Of a DNA stretch of 41,983 bases, positions 39,457-41,983 are shown piece by piece; positions within the stretch are counted from its first letter, which is position 1; each line of letters opens with the position of its first letter. Made by a program: the position numbers and the translations under genes. The DNA is from a virus. The notes below the pieces were generated by a model. That model searched no databases and was not told where the DNA came from. It worked only from the letters and a program-made list of their open reading frames with translations. The stretch lies in IMG/VR virus record IMGVR_UViG_3300045988_031699. One strand, 5' to 3'.

Positions 39457-39991
39457 CGTCTGTCAGTCCTTTTAACTTTGAAATTTCTTCCGGGGTCATG
39501 GTGGGGATGCCCTGCTGCTGGCATTCCTGCACGATCAGTTCAATGAGGCGGTGCATCTGGGATGTATCAAACACAGACGAGCCGTACCAGCATTGCAGGT
39601 TGTAGAAAGTGCCCTGCGGTGTAGCCATTTCATCGAGCTTGTGGACCTGCCAGCCCTCGCCCTTGCTCTCCCAACCGTTTTTGAATGCCCTTGCAGCATC
39701 GGCGCGGAGGGTGACAAGGGCGGAGCTGCCGCCTATGTCGCGGATCAAATCGCGGTAGATGTCCAGTACAGGGCGGTTGATTTTGGCGGCAAGCTGGTTC
39801 ATGAGCGCCCATGCGTAAGCGTTGGCCGAGAGGCTGCGCTTTTGCGTAGCCGTGCCGATGACGGCGGCAAGGGGCTTGCCCTCGTCAATAACGGCGCGGG
39901 CTTTATCACAGTCGCTGGGGGAACATTCCAGCGTAATTGTGTTGCCGATAACAACGGCTGTCTTGATGGCAATTTGCTGCTTCATTTCCAC
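39440..39991 (-). CDS. NinB/Orf-like recombination mediator (tentative)
   Basis: QKRSLSANAYAWALMNQLA and SQMHRLIELIVQECQQQGI parallel lambda NinB RNRSLDQNRKLWACLGDV / FAELLELIQAFG. Confidence 0.5.
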   Translation of the reverse strand: MEMKQQIAIKTAVVIGNTITLECSPSDCDKARAVIDEGKPLAAVIGTATQKRSLSANAYAWALMNQLAAKINRPVLDIYRDLIRDIGGSSALVTLRADAARAFKNGWESKGEGWQVHKLDEMATPQGTFYNLQCWYGSSVFDTSQMHRLIELIVQECQQQGIPTMTPEEISKLKGLTDDADPQ

Positions 39992-40707
39992 GACTCTGCA
40001 ATCTGCTGGCCCTGCTTCCAGTCCTCTGCTGTGAAGTCCTTAGAGGGCTTGCCGATGGTGTCGGCAATGAGTTTCCATGCGTCATTTTCATCGGCGTTGT
40101 TCTTCTGGCAGTAGGCTTTGACAGCACGCTGGCACTCGGCACGGGCGGCAAGGCGGGCGGCGGCGGGGGTTGGCTTTTCCTGCTGCGGGGCGGGTGGCTG
40201 CCCCGGCTCATCTTCATAACGTTCCTTAAATTCGTCGGCTTCGCTGTCTGAGTAGATGCCGTCAAACGCAAGTTTGCAGATTTTTAAAACAACACGGTCA
40301 AACAAACGTTTGTATGCCATCGCATAAGGGTAAGCATTCTTACAGTTCTGCGTAGATGCTTCGCCGACCTCATATAAGCCTTGTGCCTTATTTGCATAGG
40401 TAAAAACAAGCGAATTCCCGTAGCCGGATTTGTCGACAGACACACAATCCGGGTTAAACTTATCCTTTTCCGGCATGTTATCATTGATTTTCAGGCAGGC
40501 GTTGTGACTGATGATAAGGCCGGTATACATCATTTTCCCGGTTTTGGTTTCGTTCATGAGAATCCAGAAGTCTGCCTCGTTGAGGTAGGGCCGTTCCTGA
40601 ATGGCCTTTATGGCTTTGGCACGGCTGGCAAGGTATTTCGCGCTCTGCACGACAGGGATTTGTTGCCGAGTCTTGAGAGAATATTCAGAAGTTTTTTCGT
40701 TAAACAT
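39982..40707 (-). CDS. Early protein, possible single-strand annealing/recombination function (weak)
   Basis: ATG 40707 in a TGATG overlap (track start 40758). NAYPYAMAYKRLFDRVVLK is reminiscent of ERF/Rad52-type SSAPs. Context is NinB-like, SSB and RusA. Confidence 0.35.
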   Translation of the reverse strand: MFNEKTSEYSLKTRQQIPVVQSAKYLASRAKAIKAIQERPYLNEADFWILMNETKTGKMMYTGLIISHNACLKINDNMPEKDKFNPDCVSVDKSGYGNSLVFTYANKAQGLYEVGEASTQNCKNAYPYAMAYKRLFDRVVLKICKLAFDGIYSDSEADEFKERYEDEPGQPPAPQQEKPTPAAARLAARAECQRAVKAYCQKNNADENDAWKLIADTIGKPSKDFTAEDWKQGQQIAESWK

Positions 40708-41054
40708 CAAATAGATTCTCCTTCCGGGTCTGGTGTGGTCAGGTGGATGCGGTAGCACTCCGGCGGACAGGCGTGCTCCAACGGGATGGCACGAACTACA
40801 GGCTTTTCAATGTATTCACCATCCACGAACGTAAAAATTGTCATGTTGCGGCGACTGCCGCTGGAAAAAAAGCGCAGCTTAAAAGCATCTTCCAGCGCTT
40901 CAATTTCCTCTTTTGTAAGGCTAGACAAAGTCGTTCCAAATCCTGTTATGCTGTAGATTCGTGGGCGATTAGCCGCATACTTTACAATTTTTGCTACCGA
41001 TAAAAGCTGCGAGTATAACTGTAGCGCAATATTCGCTTTTTCCAATTGTGTCAT
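40707..41054 (-). CDS. Hypothetical 115-aa early protein
   Basis: Clean ORF, coupled on both sides. Confidence 0.5.
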   Translation of the reverse strand: MTQLEKANIALQLYSQLLSVAKIVKYAANRPRIYSITGFGTTLSSLTKEEIEALEDAFKLRFFSSGSRRNMTIFTFVDGEYIEKPVVRAIPLEHACPPECYRIHLTTPDPEGESI

Positions 41055-41239
41055 CTGTCATCCTCCATGCAGGCAGGTTCTTCCCAAGCGCCATCCTGGG
41101 TGATGCAGTTCTCACATCCAAGAATCTCGTTGCCTTGCTTATAAATGATGGTGCATTCATCGCCGCATACCGGGCAGCGGGGACGGCGGGGTTCGGCGGG
41201 CGGAAAGGGGTTGTCTTGATGGCCCCAGAAGCTAGTCAT
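41051..41239 (-). CDS. Small zinc-ribbon protein
   Basis: CPVCGDEC...GCENC. ATGA overlap with the repeat-protein stop. Confidence 0.5.
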   Translation of the reverse strand: MTSFWGHQDNPFPPAEPRRPRCPVCGDECTIIYKQGNEILGCENCITQDGAWEEPACMEDDR

Positions 41240-41983
41240 TCGTCGGCCTCCTGTTTTTCTTCCTCATCAGAAAAATGCAGCTCCATCAAGTCGGCAATCG
41301 CAAGGTACTCTTTGGCGTATTTGCTGTCGCCGTGAGTTTTCTTGACGATCTCACGGAACTTCGCCAAATCACCATAAAAGCAACCACACTGTACGCGGAG
41401 AATTTTATCCTTGCATCGGAAAAATGTGGTCGCGCGGAAGCAGTGACCAAAGCCTGTAACAACGGCGTAGTCTGCATCGCCGTAGACCCGCGCATCGCCG
41501 GAGACCCGCGCATCGCCGGAGACCCACGCATTGCCGGAGACCCACGCATTGCCGGAGACCTGCGCATCGCCGGAGACCCGCGCATTGCCGGAGACCCACG
41601 CATTGCCGGAGACCTGCGCATCGCCGGAGACCTGCGCATCGCCGTAGACCTGCGCATCGCCGTAGACCCACGCATTGCCGGAGACCCACGCATTGCCGTA
41701 GACCTGCGCATCGCCGTAGACCTGCGCATCGCCGTAGACCTGCGCATCGCCGGAGACCTGCGCATCGCCGGAGACCTGCGCATCGCCGTAGACCTGCGCA
41801 TCGCCGTAGACCCACGCATTGCCGGAGACCCACGCATTGCCGTAGACCTGCGCATCGCCGTAGACCTGCGCATCGCCGTAGACCTGCGCATCGCCGGAGA
41901 CCTGCGCATCGCCGGAGACCTGCGCATTGCCGGAGACCCGCGCATCGCCGGAGACCCACGCATTGCCGGAGACCCACGCATTG
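41236..41983 (-). CDS. 3' part of hexapeptide-repeat protein (5' part at 1-230)
   Basis: Third minus frame, absent from the track because it has no in-window start. 28 units (N/D)A(W/Q/R)V(S/Y)G, then ...YGDADYAVVTGFGHCFRATTFFRCKDKILRVQCGCFYGDLAKFREIVKKTHGDSKYAKEYLAIADLMELHFSDEEEKQEADE, TGA at 41236-41238. Confidence 0.75.
   Translation of the reverse strand, partial: NAWVSGNAWVSGDARVSGNAQVSGDAQVSGDAQVYGDAQVYGDAQVYGNAWVSGNAWVYGDAQVYGDAQVSGDAQVSGDAQVYGDAQVYGDAQVYGNAWVSGNAWVYGDAQVYGDAQVSGDAQVSGNAWVSGNARVSGDAQVSGNAWVSGNAWVSGDARVSGDARVYGDADYAVVTGFGHCFRATTFFRCKDKILRVQCGCFYGDLAKFREIVKKTHGDSKYAKEYLAIADLMELHFSDEEEKQEADE
41479..41983 (-). repeat. 18-bp tandem coding repeat, 28 units, with a 144-bp higher-order duplication
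   Basis: Units start at 41479+18k. Eight-unit block 41641-41784 is repeated at 41785-41928 with one mismatch. Confidence 0.95.

Larger units (their letters stand above)
1..41983. mobile_element. Temperate siphovirus-type phage genome, apparently complete and circularly permuted (non-integrated form)
   Basis: All modules are present: CI/Cro/antirepressor switch, integrase plus attP-like tRNA 3' fragment, replication/recombination, TerS/TerL/portal/capsid/tail/TMP, lysis. Phage genes flank the int-att region on both sides, and one repeat gene is cut by both window ends in a compatible frame. Confidence 0.85.

Noticed and set aside
38348-39605. ORFs 38348-38539, 38826-39119, 39120-39524, 39250-39546 and 39297-39605
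   Set aside because: These are alternative frames over the SSB, HNH-like and wHTH genes. Their products are Arg/Pro/Ala-rich and lack SDs.
41286-41981. Track ORFs 41286-41981 (MRGSPAMRGSPAM…) and 41405-41977 (MGLRQCVGLRRC…)
   Set aside because: These are the two wrong reading frames of the 18-bp repeat. The third minus frame gives a coherent hexapeptide protein with a non-repeat C-terminal domain, an ATGA-coupled stop at 41236 and an SD-preceded N-terminus at 230.
41479-41983. Possible CRISPR array (also considered for 30097-30195 and 38041-38093)
   Set aside because: The units are directly abutting (18, 15 and 11 bp) with no unique spacers and lie inside coding sequence. No cas genes are present.

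Overview
The 41,983-bp window reads as one complete, circularly permuted genome of a temperate siphovirus-type phage. The host is probably Gram-positive and Clostridia-like, judging from AGGAGG-type Shine-Dalgarno sites, a lipobox lipoprotein and an M23+GH25 endolysin. Almost all lytic genes are on the minus strand. Read right to left they run: early genes (a hexapeptide-repeat protein cut by both window ends, a recombination/replication module with SSB, NinB-like, RusA, DnaD-type replisome organizer and G39P-like loader, two DNA methyltransferases and an HNH endonuclease); a putative late regulator; a 504-bp structured non-coding leader; the late operon (ParB-methyltransferase, TerS, TerL, portal, gp7-like, scaffold, capsid, connectors, major tail, chaperones with a -1 frameshift, tape measure, Dit, Tal, BppU-like and collagen-like fibres); the lysis cassette; and an eight-gene cargo cassette that ends at an attP-like site carrying a tRNA 3' fragment. 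The plus strand carries the lysogeny module: a CI-like repressor, an AT-rich accessory island, a second HTH protein and a tyrosine integrase. The most interesting unexplained elements are the eight-gene lysin-to-attP cassette of low-complexity, Cys-rich and membrane-associated proteins; the >=33-unit 18-bp hexapeptide-repeat early gene; the AT-rich island inside the lysogeny module; a lipoprotein moron in the head module; and a late leader that ends in a terminator directly before the late operon. All family assignments come from reading motifs by eye. No database searches or numerical statistics were run.
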